64,000 nt of DNA from Octopus bimaculoides (GCF_001194135.2 NC_068985.1:41281617-41345616), one strand, 5' to 3'; counted from the first letter of the stretch, positions 11,499 through 23,760 are shown. Notes: generated by a model from the letters alone, not told the origin. Made by a program: numbers and translations.

Positions 11499-11804
11499 AG
11501 GGTTAAAGCAAATTTAAAATGAAAAAAGCAAATAAAACGAAGGTATGGAGATTAAATACGCTTTACATCGCTTAATCAGCCAAAGGACTAAATGTAAACA
11601 ACTGAATACTTGTCAGTGAATGGTTGAAATTATCGAAATAAGACAATTTTTTACATGAAATAAATTCGAATACAAAAAGATTTTCCTGTTCTATAACACA
11701 AAATAGATAAGTATACGAAGTTTGAAAGTCTTTCGGTACCAAAAACACTACGTAAAACATTAATGAAAAATGTGGCCCCCGTTTTAAAAAAGATCCAATT
11801 ATTT

Positions 11805-12067
11805 AAAGCCTGGTACTTATTCTACCGGTCCCTTTTGCCGAACCGCAGTGGTGGGAGACAAGCATAGACATAAAGACGCGTGTGCGCGAGCACACACGCA
11901 CACACGATGGGCTTCTTTTTAGTCTCCGTCTACCAAATCCAATCACAAAGTTTTGATCAACCCGAGGCTAAAGTAGAAGACAATTGCCCAATGTTCCGCG
12001 CAGTGGGACTGAACCCGTGACCATGTGGTTTGGAGACAAACTTCTTACCGCTCAGTCACGCCTGCGT
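11805..12067 (-). mobile_element. tRNA-derived SINE family B (internal microsatellite type)
   Basis: Minus-strand head GCAGGCGTGACTGAGCGGTAAGAAGTTT...CACATGGTCACGGGTTCAGTCCCACTGCG, then GATTTGGTAGACGGAGACTAAAAAGAAGCCC, a (TG)n tract, and GTTCGGCAAAAGGGACCG. Confidence 0.8.
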
Positions 12068-12159
12068 GATTCGGGTTCCATGGGCAGCTTTAGACCTTTT
12101 TCCATCCAAAGGGTTTTTTAATCCAATATTTTATACGCTAATATTTATAATTGTATTTA

Positions 12160-12375
12160 AAGCGACGAGGCAGAATCATTAGCACGCCCGGCAAAATGCT
12201 TAGCAGCATTTCGTCCGTCCTTACATTCTGAGTTCAAATTCCGCGAGGTCATCTTTGCCTTCCAATCTTTCGGGGTCGATAAAATAAGTACCTGTTGATC
12301 AATGGGGTCGATGTAATCGACCTACCTGCCGCCATCCCCACAACTGCTGGCATTGTGCCAAAAATTTGAAATCAA
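12160..12375 (+). mobile_element. SINE family C
   Basis: GCAGAATCATTAGCACGCCCGGCAAAATGCTTAGC...CTTTCGGGGTCGATAAAATAAGTACC. Confidence 0.85.
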
Positions 12376-13505
12376 TATTTATAACTGTACACGCTTTGCA
12401 TCTTGTCTTTAAAAGTAATTTACTTCATATTTCTCGAAGCTTCAGAATTCTTATAATGTAAATGTCTTGCAATTCTCCCTGGTGTCGGGAGCATATCAGT
12501 CATTGCTGCTGAATTTGGAGGTTCATGCCCACCGGCCAGCATATGACTTGTTTTTCTTTTGTTTTATTTTTTTTTTTTTAATGTTTTATTATTATTATTA
12601 TTATTATTACCCAAGGAAATATTCTGCACGCTATTATGTCTGACTTTATCTTCTTCGAGTTCTACCAGTAAAAATATTCTATTTATATCTTTCGAAGTTT
12701 CTAAGTATTAATAATGTAAACGTACACACACACACACACACTCTCTCTCTCTCATGCGCTCTCTCTCTCTCATGCGCTCTCTCTCTCACGCACTCTCTCT
12801 CTCAGGCGTTCTCTCTCTCATGCGCTCTCTCTCTCTTTCTCTCTCTCTCACACACACTCACACACAAAGACACACACACATATGCATACATATGTGTGTG
12901 TGTGTGTGTGTGTATACGTGTGGATGTGTGGAACGTACATGTGTATACAACAATATATATAGGAATATATGTGGTGTGTGTGTGTGTATCTGCGGATAGG
13001 AAGAGAGGAGAAAGAGAGGGAAAGAAAGAGATACACACACACACACACAGAGGCAGATTGATAGAGAAAATCATGAAGATCAGCAACACATTAAAAGTGT
13101 CATATAACAGGAGGTAGGAAGAGTTTGTTAGTTTAAGATTAGGAATGGTGGCTGTTATTATTTATTAGACAGAATAGGTGGGCGTAATGTCTTTCTGAAC
13201 TATCATTTACACGGCGATGGCTATACTTAGTGGATGACGTTGGCATGCCATACGCTTTTAAACATAAACTTTTGTGTGTGTATGTGTGCGTGCATGTGCG
13301 GGCGCGCTCGTGTGTGTGCGTGTGCATTATATACATGTAGATATATATATATATATAGTGAAAAGGTACGATAATTTTTTTTCCATAGGGTAAATTGTAG
13401 TGAAAAATATACAAAGAAAGAAAATGAACAAAAATTTTAAATTTGACAATATATATATATATTTACACACATACACACACGCGTACATACTCACACACAT
13501 ATATA

Positions 13506-13540
13506 TAGTCGACTGGTTTCGCTTGTGCTAATCATGACTA
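13506..13540 (-). ncRNA. Degenerate minimal type I hammerhead motif (Penelope-type)
   Basis: Minus strand reads TAGTC ATGATTA GC-ACAA-GC GAAA CCAGT C GACTA. Stem I is a perfect 5 bp; the core matches CTGATGA at 5 of 7 positions; the triplet is GTC. Confidence 0.4.
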
Positions 13541-14860
13541 AAAAGTTAGTGCTAATCTTGCNNNNNNNNNNNNNNNNNNNNNNNNNNNNNNNNNNNNNNN
13601 NNNNNNNNNNNNNNNNNNNNNNNNNNNNNNNNNNNNNNNNNNNNNNNNNNNNNNNNNNNNNNNNNNNNNNNNNNNNNNNNNNNNNNNNNNNNNNNNNNNN
13701 NNNNNNNNNNNNNNNNNNNNNNNNNNNNNNNNNNNNNNNNNNNNNNNNNNNNNNNNNNNNNNNNNNNNNNNNNNNNNNNNNNNNNNNNNNNNNNNNNNNN
13801 NNNNNNNNNNNNNNNNNNNNNNNNNNNNNNNNNNNNNNNNNNNNNNNNNNNNNNNNNNNNNNNNNNNNNNNNNNNNNNNNNNNNNNNNNNNNNNNNNNNN
13901 NNNNNNNNNNNNNNNNNNNNNNNNNNNNNNNNNNNNNNNNNNNNNNNNNNNNNNNNNNNNNNNNNNNNNNNNNNNNNNNNNNNNNNNNNNNNNNNNNNNN
14001 NNNNNNNNNNNNNNNNNNNNNNNNNNNNNNNNNNNNNNNNNNNNNNNNNNNNNNNNNNNNNNNNNNNNNNNNNNNNNNNNNNNNNNNNNNNNNNNNNNNN
14101 NNNNNNNNNNNNNNNNNNNNNNNNNNNNNNNNNNNNNNNNNNNNNNNNNNNNNNNNNNNNNNNNNNNNNNNNNNNNNNNNNNNNNNNNNNNNNNNNNNNN
14201 NNNNNNNNNNNNNNNNNNNNNNNNNNNNNNNNNNNNNNNNNNNNNNNNNNNNNNNNNNNNNNNNNNNNNNNNNNNNNNNNNNNNNNNNNNNNNNNNNNNN
14301 NNNNNNNNNNNNNNNNNNNNNNNNNNNNNNNNNNNNNNNNNNATATATATATATATATATATAAAACTTTAACAAAAAAATGAATACACGAAACGAACAA
14401 TTCACGTAATTGCTTCCAGTTGCCAATGTACTAATGGCATACTTTCGACGATGAGATTGCACAACACTCTGATACTGCTGCTGCTACAACAACAAGAAAA
14501 AACAACAGAAACAACAAGAACAACAACTACTACTACTACTACTGAATGTATTGTTGATAACAACAAAAACATCAGCATCAACAACACAAAGTCTTCTTAT
14601 TCATATATTTAAATAATTATTGTCTTTATCTCCCACAAATGGGACTATAAAGGCAAGAGTACAAGGACGAATTACAAAAGTTTTGGGGATTAATGTAGAA
14701 TCGTGTGCGCGCGCGTGTGTATATTATTCTGTGTGTGTGTGTGTGTGTAATTGTGTGTATCAGTAAGTGTATGTATAAAGGGCCCGAAAATCTAAGCACA
14801 CAAAAGGCATGAAAAAAGAGGTTCCATATCGGTGACAAACAATTACGCTAATGAAAATAA

Positions 14861-15779
14861 CCCTTTCTACTATAAGCACAAGGCCTGAAATTTTGGTGGA
14901 GAGAGTAAGTCGATTACATCGACCCCAGTGCTCAACTGGTACTTATTTTATCGACCCCGAAAGGATGAAAAACATTTGCACTGAGAACGTGAATACAGCC
15001 ATGAATACAACTAAGCATTTCGCCCGGCGTGCTAACGATTTTGCCAGCTCGCCGCTTATGGTAATGAAAATAACAGAAGAAGTAACAACAACAATATTAT
15101 TTTCTATTATAAACACAAGATCTGAACATTTTCGTGGGAAGTGGGTAATTCGATAACATTGACCCCAGTGATCAATTGATACCAATTTTTTCGACCCCGA
15201 AAGGATGAAAGGTAAAGTCAACCTCGGCGAAATTTGAACTCAGAACGTAAAGACGGACGAAATGCCGCTAACGATTCTCTCAGCTCGTCGCCTTACTGAC
15301 TAATAATAATATTAATCCTTTCTACTATGGGCACAATGCTTGAAATTTTGGGGGATGGGGATAGTCGATTACATCGACCCCTGTACATGACTGGTACCTA
15401 TTTTATTGACCCCGAAAGGATGAAAGTCAAAGTCGACCTCGGCGGAATTTGAACTCAGATGGTAAAGACGGACGAAATGCCACTAAGCATTTTGCTCGGC
15501 GTGCTAACGAGTCTGACGGCTCGCCGCCTTATTGATTAATAATCATTAATAATGCTAATTCTTTCTAATAATGGTACAAGGCCAACAGTTTTAGAGGAGG
15601 AAGCTAATCGATTACATTGATTCCAATGTTTCACTGGTGTTATAGTCTATATCAATACCGAAAGAATGAATGGCAAATTTGATCTCGAAAGTATTTGAAC
15701 TCAGAATGTAAAGAGCTGGAAGAAATGCCGCTAAATATTTTGTCCAAAGCGCTAACAGTTGTGCTAGCTCGCCACTTTA
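14861..15779 (-). mobile_element. Head-to-tail array of four family C SINEs
   Basis: Units at about 14861-15058, 15100-15295, 15316-15531 and 15560-15779. On the plus strand each runs from a CTTTCTACTAT..GCACAAGGCC tail to a GCTAACGATT..CCAGCTCGCCGCCTTA head, with AAT-rich spacers between units. Confidence 0.85.
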
Positions 15780-16019
15780 ACCAATTAGCGCCCATGGTCC
15801 TTTTTTTTTGGGGGGGGACCAAAAGGATAATCCACATTTCTGCAACACCTGTATTTTTCTGAGATATCTTTTATTAGTCATCAAGACTGGAGTGTCTTTC
15901 AAATATTGTGATAATTTTTTTAATATATTTAGTATTAGATAAAGTCGTATAAAAAAATATTTTTGGTAATGAATCAAATAAAAAATTTGGGTACTAATGT
16001 ATTAATAATAATTACAAGT

Positions 16020-16559
16020 ACAAAGCAGTGACTCTCATGGCTTCTGTTCTTAACTGATTGGAATTTTTATCATGTACTTGCTTTGTTTTGGTGTAAAAGA
16101 TGGGTTACAGGAAATATTCAGTTCAATACCACAGATTTGCTTGTCAGTTACTTGACCTTAAGCAGTCGAGCGTGTCCCTTGGTGACTGACAATATGAGCA
16201 TCTCTGATCACGAGCAGTAGTGGGCAAACATCATAGCTATGTTTTGAGAGAGATTCTTTGGGGTTTATATAATTTACCTCTGGGAACATAGATGCTTCAC
16301 TCATCATCCTTAAACAACCCTTATTCAGAGATCTTTTGAGTGGAATTTGCTATACGACTTGAAGAAAATTCTAACTGCACCTGCAAGGTCATGCGCTGTT
16401 TATCTTAATATGAGATCACCATGTCGTGCATATGTTGTGATGCATGTGCTTGGTGTACCCTTATCAGACGGGTAGTCCTGATGAGTATATTGGGCTTCGT
16501 GTATTTGTACCCCAGTGTCAGTTTGATGGCATGCTCTGCTCTCTCACTCAATAATAATG

Positions 16560-16590
<31 letters not shown>

Positions 16591-16595
16591 TAATA
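16020..16595 (+). mobile_element. Dispersed repeat ending in an (AAT)n tail (probable retroposed non-autonomous element)
   Basis: Ends GGTGTACCCTTATCAGACGGGTAGTC...GATGGCATGCTCTGCTCTCTCACTC(AAT)n. I recall it as an abundant octopus repeat; there is a single copy here, so it is not verified within the window. Confidence 0.4.
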
Positions 16596-16598
16596 ATA

Positions 16599-16808
16599 AT
16601 CCTTTCTACTATAGGCACAAATCCTGAAACTTTTGGAGGAGGGGTTCTAGTCCGTTACATTGACGCTAAAGCTCGACTAGTACTTTATTTTATCGACCCC
16701 AAAAGGAAAGTCGTACTCCACGGAATTTGAACTCAGAACGTGAAGACGGACGAAATGCTAGCAAGTATTTTGTCCAACGTGCTAACGATTCCCCAACCCA
16801 CCGCCTTA
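16599..16808 (-). mobile_element. SINE family C
   Basis: CCTTTCTACTATAGGCACAA...GGAATTTGAACTCAGAACGTGAAGACGGACGAAATGC...GCTAACGATTC. Confidence 0.85.
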
Positions 16809-17170
16809 ACGTTAATAATGACAACAATAACAACAACAATAATAATATCGTCAGAGCATTTTCAAGAATTTTTATCGCCGCAGACGAATGTGTCAACTTT
16901 GTAAATTACGAGACATTAGCGTCAGCAGCAAGAGCAGCAACAGAAATGATAACAACAGAGGCAACAACAATAATAACACCATCAACAGTAATGGATGCTG
17001 CAAAAATGTTTTATGAGATCTCATCCAGATGAATAAAAAAAAAGAAAAGAAAAAGAAAAGAAGCACTGCTCCACCCGTCCCTACAAACGTACACATACGC
17101 GTACACCCGCGCCAGCTATATAATTACAGGAACGTGAATGCATGAATGTATGTATGCATGTATGTGTGTG

Positions 17171-17235
<65 letters not shown>

Positions 17236-17324
17236 GTATTTATATACACACACAAAACCATGGCTGTGTGTTAAAAAGTTTGAAACACGTGGTTCTGTGT
17301 TCATTTCCACTGCGTGGTATCTTG

Positions 17325-17990
17325 GACCGTATTAGCTTGTCTCTTTTTTTGCTTGAAAATTCTAGCTTCATCGGGTTGTCATTTAGACATTTACGAACAT
17401 AACCAAGTGTACCAATGATTACTGGTATAGATATAAATTTATAATCAGGATAGAGGAGTTACAAATTCTGAAACATTTGTCCAAAGCTATTCTCCTTCTG
17501 AAACAGTTGTCCATAGCTATTCTCCTTATTTTGGAATAGTTGTTCATAATTGCAAGGAAGTTAGCCTCTATGACTCTGCACAATCTTTCTTTTCTTTTCC
17601 AAATAACTATGTCAGGTGCGTTATGCTTGTACTTCGTAGATTTGGCGGGAATATTCTACCAATAATCACTGTTTGGATATGTATATATTCAATCGCAGAA
17701 TTGTTGTTTATATTCATCCCAGACCAATCTTCCTTTTGCAGATGGCATTGTTCATTGTTTAGCAATATCATGACGCAGTGGGATGTTGTATATCGATGAA
17801 TATCTTTATAGCTACTGAATATGTGTGTATTGTTCTCTACAAAAGAGTAACATAGTCGTTATTTGTGGTTAATTTTTAGGAGTTTAAGGGCTTCACTGTC
17901 CCGTTTATTCAGTAGCTATTTCCTGCTCTTGGATTATGAAAGCTGAGCCATCGAAATGTGACATAACGTAACCTTGGACTGATTGCACGT
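17325..17990 (-). pseudogene. R4/Dong-type LINE ORF relic: zinc knuckle plus restriction-like endonuclease
   Basis: Minus-strand translation across stops and frameshifts gives SHFDGSAFIIQEQEIAT; RLCYSFVENNTHIFSS (CCHC region); PLRHDIAK; YW*NIPAK..KHNAPDIVIWKRKERLCRVIE (PD-(D/E)xK motif); FGQMFQNL*LLYPDYKFISIPVIIGTLGYVRKCL..KLEFS..DKLIR. It contains a 30-bp tandem duplication at 17467-17526. Confidence 0.85.
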
Positions 17991-18419
17991 TAATCAGTCA
18001 TACGACACTGAAGCGATTATATATGAAGAAGTCACCGCCATTAAACATTATAAATGTAAAGCAAGCAGATAAATTCAGCCATACTTCTTTCTTCAGAAAT
18101 AAAGAAAAGTGGAACACAACAAAATGATTCAAGTACGTCTGGCATTTATAAGAGCATGTTACTGATTGCGACATAATGGAGAAAGTTTTACGAAATGCTG
18201 ATCATATAGCAAAGGAACAAAATGTTGCAGGTTATAGATAGCTGTGAAGTACCCCAAATCTATAAAAATCTGCAAAGTATCTAAATATCAGATCAGTAGT
18301 ATTCCTTAAATGTCGCAACTCTAAGAAGTAGCTCTTGAAAAGTATCATATCACCTCGAAATGGAATGAATCAATACTTAACTATTTACGAAGAACAACTG
18401 AACTTTTTGCTGATCTCAC

Positions 18420-18635
18420 TAAGGAGGTAGGCTGACAGAATCGTAACCACGCCGACAAAAATGCTTAGCGGTGTATTTTCCGACTTTACATTCTGAGTTC
18501 AAATGCCGCCGGGGTCAACTTTGCCTTTCATTCTTATGGAGTCGATAATGTAAGTATCAGTTGAACACTGAGGTCAATGCGATCGAATTCCCCTTTCTCC
18601 AAAATTGCCGGCCTTCTACTAAAATTTGAAACCAA
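18420..18635 (+). mobile_element. SINE family C
   Basis: GCTGACAGAATCGTAACCACGCCG...TTCTGAGTTCAAATGCCGCCGGGGTCAACTTTGCCTTTCAT. Confidence 0.8.
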
Positions 18636-19502
18636 TACTACTGAGTTCATTATTCATTGTATGAGTTCCCTCTTTGAAACTCTGTAGTCCCACATTTATC
18701 TCCATGTAACAGTTTTTAAAAGTCTACTTGTTTAGTTATATATTTTTAAAGTCAGTTTCTATATATTTTTAAAATTATTTCTAATTACGGAAACGAAATA
18801 ACAAGTTACGCTGCTTACGATATTTTTTTTTACTAAATATACCAGAATAAAACCCTACACAAAACAACCCATTTATGTCAGGTGTACTGTAGAATTTGGT
18901 GTACTTTGTCATCAAAAGATTAGTTGAGAAGAGATTACAATGTATTAGTATTAATAACGGACTATATCGTTTTATAAAAATATTTATTCTACTGTATGCA
19001 TCGAGAAATCTAATTTTGTTCATGTTCACATCTATAACTTTAGTGTGAGTGTGTGCATGTAGGCTTATACATTTACACACACACATAATACAAATCTAGT
19101 TTCTGCGTCCAGTATTCTAACTGGGTATTGACTAACCCGAGATTATATTGGGAGATGTTTTCCTAAGTAGCCGTGCATTGAAATCGAACCCGAAACGACG
19201 GATGTTGTGAAGCAAACTTCATAATGACGCAACCGTGCTTGTGCCTTTATACCCACGCAAAGTTATGTCGAAAATGTATCAAATGTTTGTTTTACAAACA
19301 TTTAGTGATGTATTGGAGAGATATACTGATAAATTTATTAATGCGTTGTGCCCACCCATTTTTTAAAAAATAATTTGAATAATTTTCTGTGAATAACACC
19401 CAGTTAATTAAAAAATAAAGCCCATGCCTGTTCTTGCTGTTATTTTCAGTGGCGTATGTGCTACTGACCTTTATCAATATCTCATGATGACGCCAGACAT
19501 CT

Positions 19503-19587
19503 ACGTCTGCTATGATAAATGTCGTCTGCTAGTGTGAATGTCGTCTGCTATGGTGAATGTCGTTTGCTACGGTGAATGTCGTCTGCT
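19503..19587. repeat. 19-bp minisatellite, about 4.5 units (AATGTCGTCTGCTATGGTG)
   Basis: Tandem units are directly visible: AATGTCGTCTGCTAGTGTG, AATGTCGTCTGCTATGGTG, AATGTCGTTTGCTACGGTG, AATGTCGTCTGCTT. Confidence 0.9.
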
Positions 19588-19640
19588 TCGTACTTAATAA
19601 GCCTCCGATGATTCTGTTTCATATTTTTCATCCTTTTGTA

Positions 19641-19779
19641 TGAGCGCAAGAGTAGGTTATATGGGTAAGAAGCTCGATTTAGAACCACTATTTTTTTACT
19701 AAACATCCCACACCAAAAGCCTATTGTCCGGTACCTTGGGCAACTAGTTTTTCGTTATAGCCCCGGGCCGACCAATATC

Positions 19780-19862
<83 letters not shown>

Positions 19863-20066
19863 CGCGTGCGTCTCGTTGTGCTTGTCCCTTGCCACCGCTC
19901 GACAGCCGATATTTTTGTTAGGCTTGTTTATGTCTCCAGAAGATAGCGATTCTGTATCTCTGGGATTAGTTGACCAATTTGCTCGACTAATCCTTTCAAG
20001 CCGCTACCTCCCAACGAGCTTGCAATCTACTGACTGGCGCAAGTAAAAGATAAAAGATAAAAGATC
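19641..20066 (+). mobile_element. Degenerate family B SINE with an internal (TG)n
   Basis: CCTTGGGCAA (CORE-like)...TATAGCCCCGGGCCGACCAA, then (TG)n, then TGTCCCTTGCCACCGCTCGACAGCCGAT, then a CAAGTAAAAGATAAAAGA tail. Confidence 0.7.
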
Positions 20067-20164
20067 TCAGGCTGTATACAAATTATTCTTGCTAAATGCC
20101 TATGATATAATATACTGCTATAACGCCAACGATATTTTTGTTTTTAATATAATACCTAAAAGTT

Positions 20165-20330
20165 CTGATTACCTCGACCCCAGTGTTCAACTGGCACTTA
20201 TTTTATTGATACCGAAAGGATGAAAGTCAAAGTCAACCTCGGCGGAATTCGAACTTAGAACGTAAAGACAGACGAAATGCCGCTAAGAATTTTGTCCGGC
20301 ATGCTAACAATTCTGCCAGCTAGACGTCTT
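20165..20330 (-). mobile_element. SINE family C
   Basis: TCGACCCCAGTGTTCAACTGG...GAAAGGATGAAAGTCAAAGTCAACCTCGGCGGAATTCGAAC...GCTAACAATTCTGCCAGCT. Confidence 0.85.
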
Positions 20331-20357
20331 GGATACGCCAAATATCAACGTAGAGTG

Positions 20358-20984
20358 AACTAGAAAAGCATTCGGAGAGCGCAGACCTCCGCCAAGCAGC
20401 TCATTTCCATCCATATACACGCATACTGAAAATCATCCAATTTCCCAAACCGGCAAAAACATAACCTCCTTGGCAGGGTTAAAAAAAAAAATAACACAGC
20501 CATATGATTTTTAAAAAAAACTTTAAAAACAGGAATCATCTGAAGCAGTTATAATACATAAATGACAACAGCAAGCTAGTTTCATCATACAACTAAAAAG
20601 AAACAAAAATTACCTAAAACTTGAGTGATACACACACAACACGAGCAAAATTACTAATAGAGAAACGAAAATAACTTTGGAAACAGCAACGCCACCATAA
20701 GTTACGTTGAAACGATGAACGTGTTTTCAAGGGAGATAATCAAAGAACGTAACATTGTAATACTTCACGTAAAGTAAATATAAGAAATGAAAAATCCTTC
20801 AAGAATCCAGAAAAATTCACGGATCACTACCAAAATTTCATCATCTGTTCTTTGTGTCATTACCAACTTTTCCTACAAGTTTCATCAAGGACCATTCACA
20901 ACTTTTTGAGTTATTTTTCACACAGATGGACAAACGGACAAACCAACGCCGATGAAAACATAACCTCCTTCCTTGGCGGAGTTA
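20358..20984 (+). mobile_element. Helentron-associated (DINE-1/HINE-like) non-autonomous element(s)
   Basis: Starts AACTAGAAAAGCATTCGGAGAGCGCAGACCTCCGCCAAG. The subterminal ACCTCCGCCAAG (20385-96) is inverted relative to CTTGGCGGAGTT (20972-83). The 3' motif AAAACATAACCTCC..CTTGGC occurs twice, ending near 20480 and 20983. Confidence 0.5.
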
Positions 20985-21057
20985 ATAAGTTAAATACTAT
21001 GTCGCCAGTCTTATCGAAATGTGATAACGCGAAACTCGTAGTAATACGGTGTAATAT

Positions 21058-21094
<37 letters not shown>

Positions 21095-21186
21095 AAATCT
21101 AATATATATTTATGTCTGAATGCATGTGATAGAATATGGTGCGTATGTATCACGTTCATTTACATAAGTATACACTTACATACATT

Positions 21187-21220
<34 letters not shown>

Positions 21221-21841
21221 CTACGTCTACGTAAACGAATGTGGATGTGTACTTATCTATATGGGTACATTATTCGCCAGGGAATGTGTTATATATGTGC
21301 ATATGTGTATACACGTAGATGCATTAAGTGCATATATGCGTACGTACATAGACGCATATGTGCATATATGCGAATATTCTGTGCACAAGTCTGTCTGTTA
21401 TTGTGCGCATTAACAGGGTATAAATAGGATGGTTTGATTATTATATTAATACGGATTGATTGATTAAGAAATTTACCGACTAAAATAGACAGATTAAATT
21501 AAAAGCGAATTACATACATATGTAGATTGTACACACGCGCGCGCACACACACACTCACACATACATACACACACACTTCGTATATCTTCCTCTGTGTATG
21601 TGTATATTTGCTTGTGTGTATATGTCTGTGTGTGTGCATGTGTATATGCGTATGTATATATATCTCTGCCTATGTATGCATGAATATATCTATCTATCTA
21701 TCTATCTATTTCTTCCTATACATAAATGCCTACATGTACGCATATATGTATATAAATTTCTACGTATATGCATATAATTATATGCAGGTGCTTCTCGTAT
21801 ATGCACACACACACATATATATACATATATATGCATATATG

Positions 21842-21888
<47 letters not shown>

Positions 21889-22099
21889 ATATGTATGTAT
21901 TTGTACGTATACATACAGAAACACATACACGCACACACACACACAGATTACACACGTACGTACGTATGAAATAGCCCATTAATGCACATAATCGAAATTG
22001 CATTAGTTTCTTCCACATTCTCTCCATACCCCCTCCCCTTCTGTTCTTCCTTCCCCTCATTCTCCTCGCTTCCTTCCAACCATCCATCCAGTCAGCCAG

Positions 22100-22339
22100 C
22101 CATCGTTCCTTCCTTCTTCACTACCATATACCACCACCATCACAGCCGCCGCCGCCGCCGCCGCCGCCGCTACCACCAGGACTGTTTGTAGCTGTTGTGA
22201 TCGTACCGAGAGACTTGTTTATAACAGCATCTCAAGTGGCGAAATAATTAAATCAAACGAGAATCAAAGGATGGGTAAATCATAGTCGTGAAGAAGTGAT
22301 GACGATGACGATGACGATGACGATGATAGTGAGATGATG

Positions 22340-22373
<34 letters not shown>

Positions 22374-23300
22374 TGGTGGCTGTGGTGAATGAAGGCAACG
22401 GTGATACTGAAGGCGACAACTACGATGGGATGACGGTGATGATGATGATGAAATGATTGGTAATGACGATGATGGTGATGACAATGCCGGTAATAATGAT
22501 GTTAAGTAAGCAAAAACAAAAAAAGAAGAAGAAAAGGAATACAGGGGATTTAATTACAAAAGGCTTTAGATGTAAGTAGACTGAGGAAAGTTAATGAAAA
22601 TGGCGATGGATCTAGTGGTGGTGGTGGTGGTGGTGGTGGTGGTGGTGNNNNNNNNNNNNNNNNNNNNNNNNNNNNNNNNNNNNNNNNNNNNNNNNNNNNN
22701 NNNNNNNNNNNNNNNNNNNNNNNNNNNNNNNNNNNNNNNNNNNNNNNNNNNNNNNNNNNNNNNNNNNNNNNNNNNNNNNNNNNNNNNNNNNNNNNNNNNN
22801 NNNNNNNNNNNNNNNNNNNNNNNNNNNNNNNNNNNNNNNNNNNNNNNNNNNNNNNNNTGGTGTTGGTAGTGATGGTCTTTCAGATGGCAACAGTAGGTAG
22901 ACACAGTGTGGTGGTGGTGGTGATGATGGTAGTGGTGGTGATGATGATGATAATGATGATGATGATGATGATGGTGATACTGGTAGGGGTGGTGATGATG
23001 GTGGTGGTGGTTTGTGGCAGTGGTAGTGATGGTGGTGGTGGTGATGGTGATGACCATAGTGGTGGTGTTGATGTTGATTATGGTGGTGGTGGTAGTGGCG
23101 GTGGTGGCCTTGGTGGTGGTGGTAGTGGTGGTGCTGCAGCTATTGCTCAAGGCGATGGCTCTATCGGTCGTGGTGGTGGTGGTGATGAGTTCATGATTAT
23201 GTCGACGGTGGGGGTACGGTGGGGGTGAAGGTAACGTCAGGGTCAGTGATGATGGTGGTAGCGGTGGTATTGGTGATGGTGATGGTAGAGGTGTAGACAT
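22100..23300. repeat. Compound trinucleotide microsatellite field (CCG, GAT, GAC, GGT) with a gap
   Basis: Directly visible. The overlapping poly-H/T/V/M ORFs are repeat translations. Confidence 0.95.
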
Positions 23301-23507
23301 CAGAGACTGTTGTATTGTAGGGGAATGAGTCGTTTAGTTTGTAACAAATAATTCAAATATAACCCCACCTCTCTTTTTTTCTCACTCTCTCTCGCTCCCT
23401 CTCTCTCCCTAACATACAGACACACGCTAATATATATACATTCATATCTACGTATATGTATGTTTTCATACATATATATACATACATATACACAAGCATA
23501 CACTTCG

Positions 23508-23554
<47 letters not shown>

Positions 23555-23639
23555 CATTTATCTATCTGTCTGTCTATCTAGCTGGCTATCCATCCATCCA
23601 TCCATCCATCCATCCATCCACCATATATCTATCTATCGA

Positions 23640-23760
23640 TCTTTTCTACTTGTTTCTGTCATTAGACAACGGCCTTGCTGGAGCACCGCTAGGTTACGGA
23701 GACATGAATACACCAGCATCAGTTGTCAAGGGATGATGGGGGAACAAGCACACACATAAA
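23640..23760 (-). mobile_element. Family B SINE 3' fragment
   Basis: ACTTGTTTCTGTCATTAGAC..GCTGGAGCACCGC..ACACCAGCATCAGTTGTCAAG. Confidence 0.7.

Noticed and set aside
11499-11506. AGGGTTAA resembling a piggyBac right end
   Set aside because: Only 8 bp directly after a gap, and no matching left end is visible.
19503-19587. Regularly spaced repeats suggesting CRISPR
   Set aside because: The units are directly tandem with no unique spacers, and the context is eukaryotic.
22248-23300. His/Thr/Pro/Val-rich ORFs
   Set aside because: They are translations of trinucleotide microsatellites on both strands with no domain content. The same applies to 29.7-30.1 kb, 35.0 kb and 48.5-49.6 kb.
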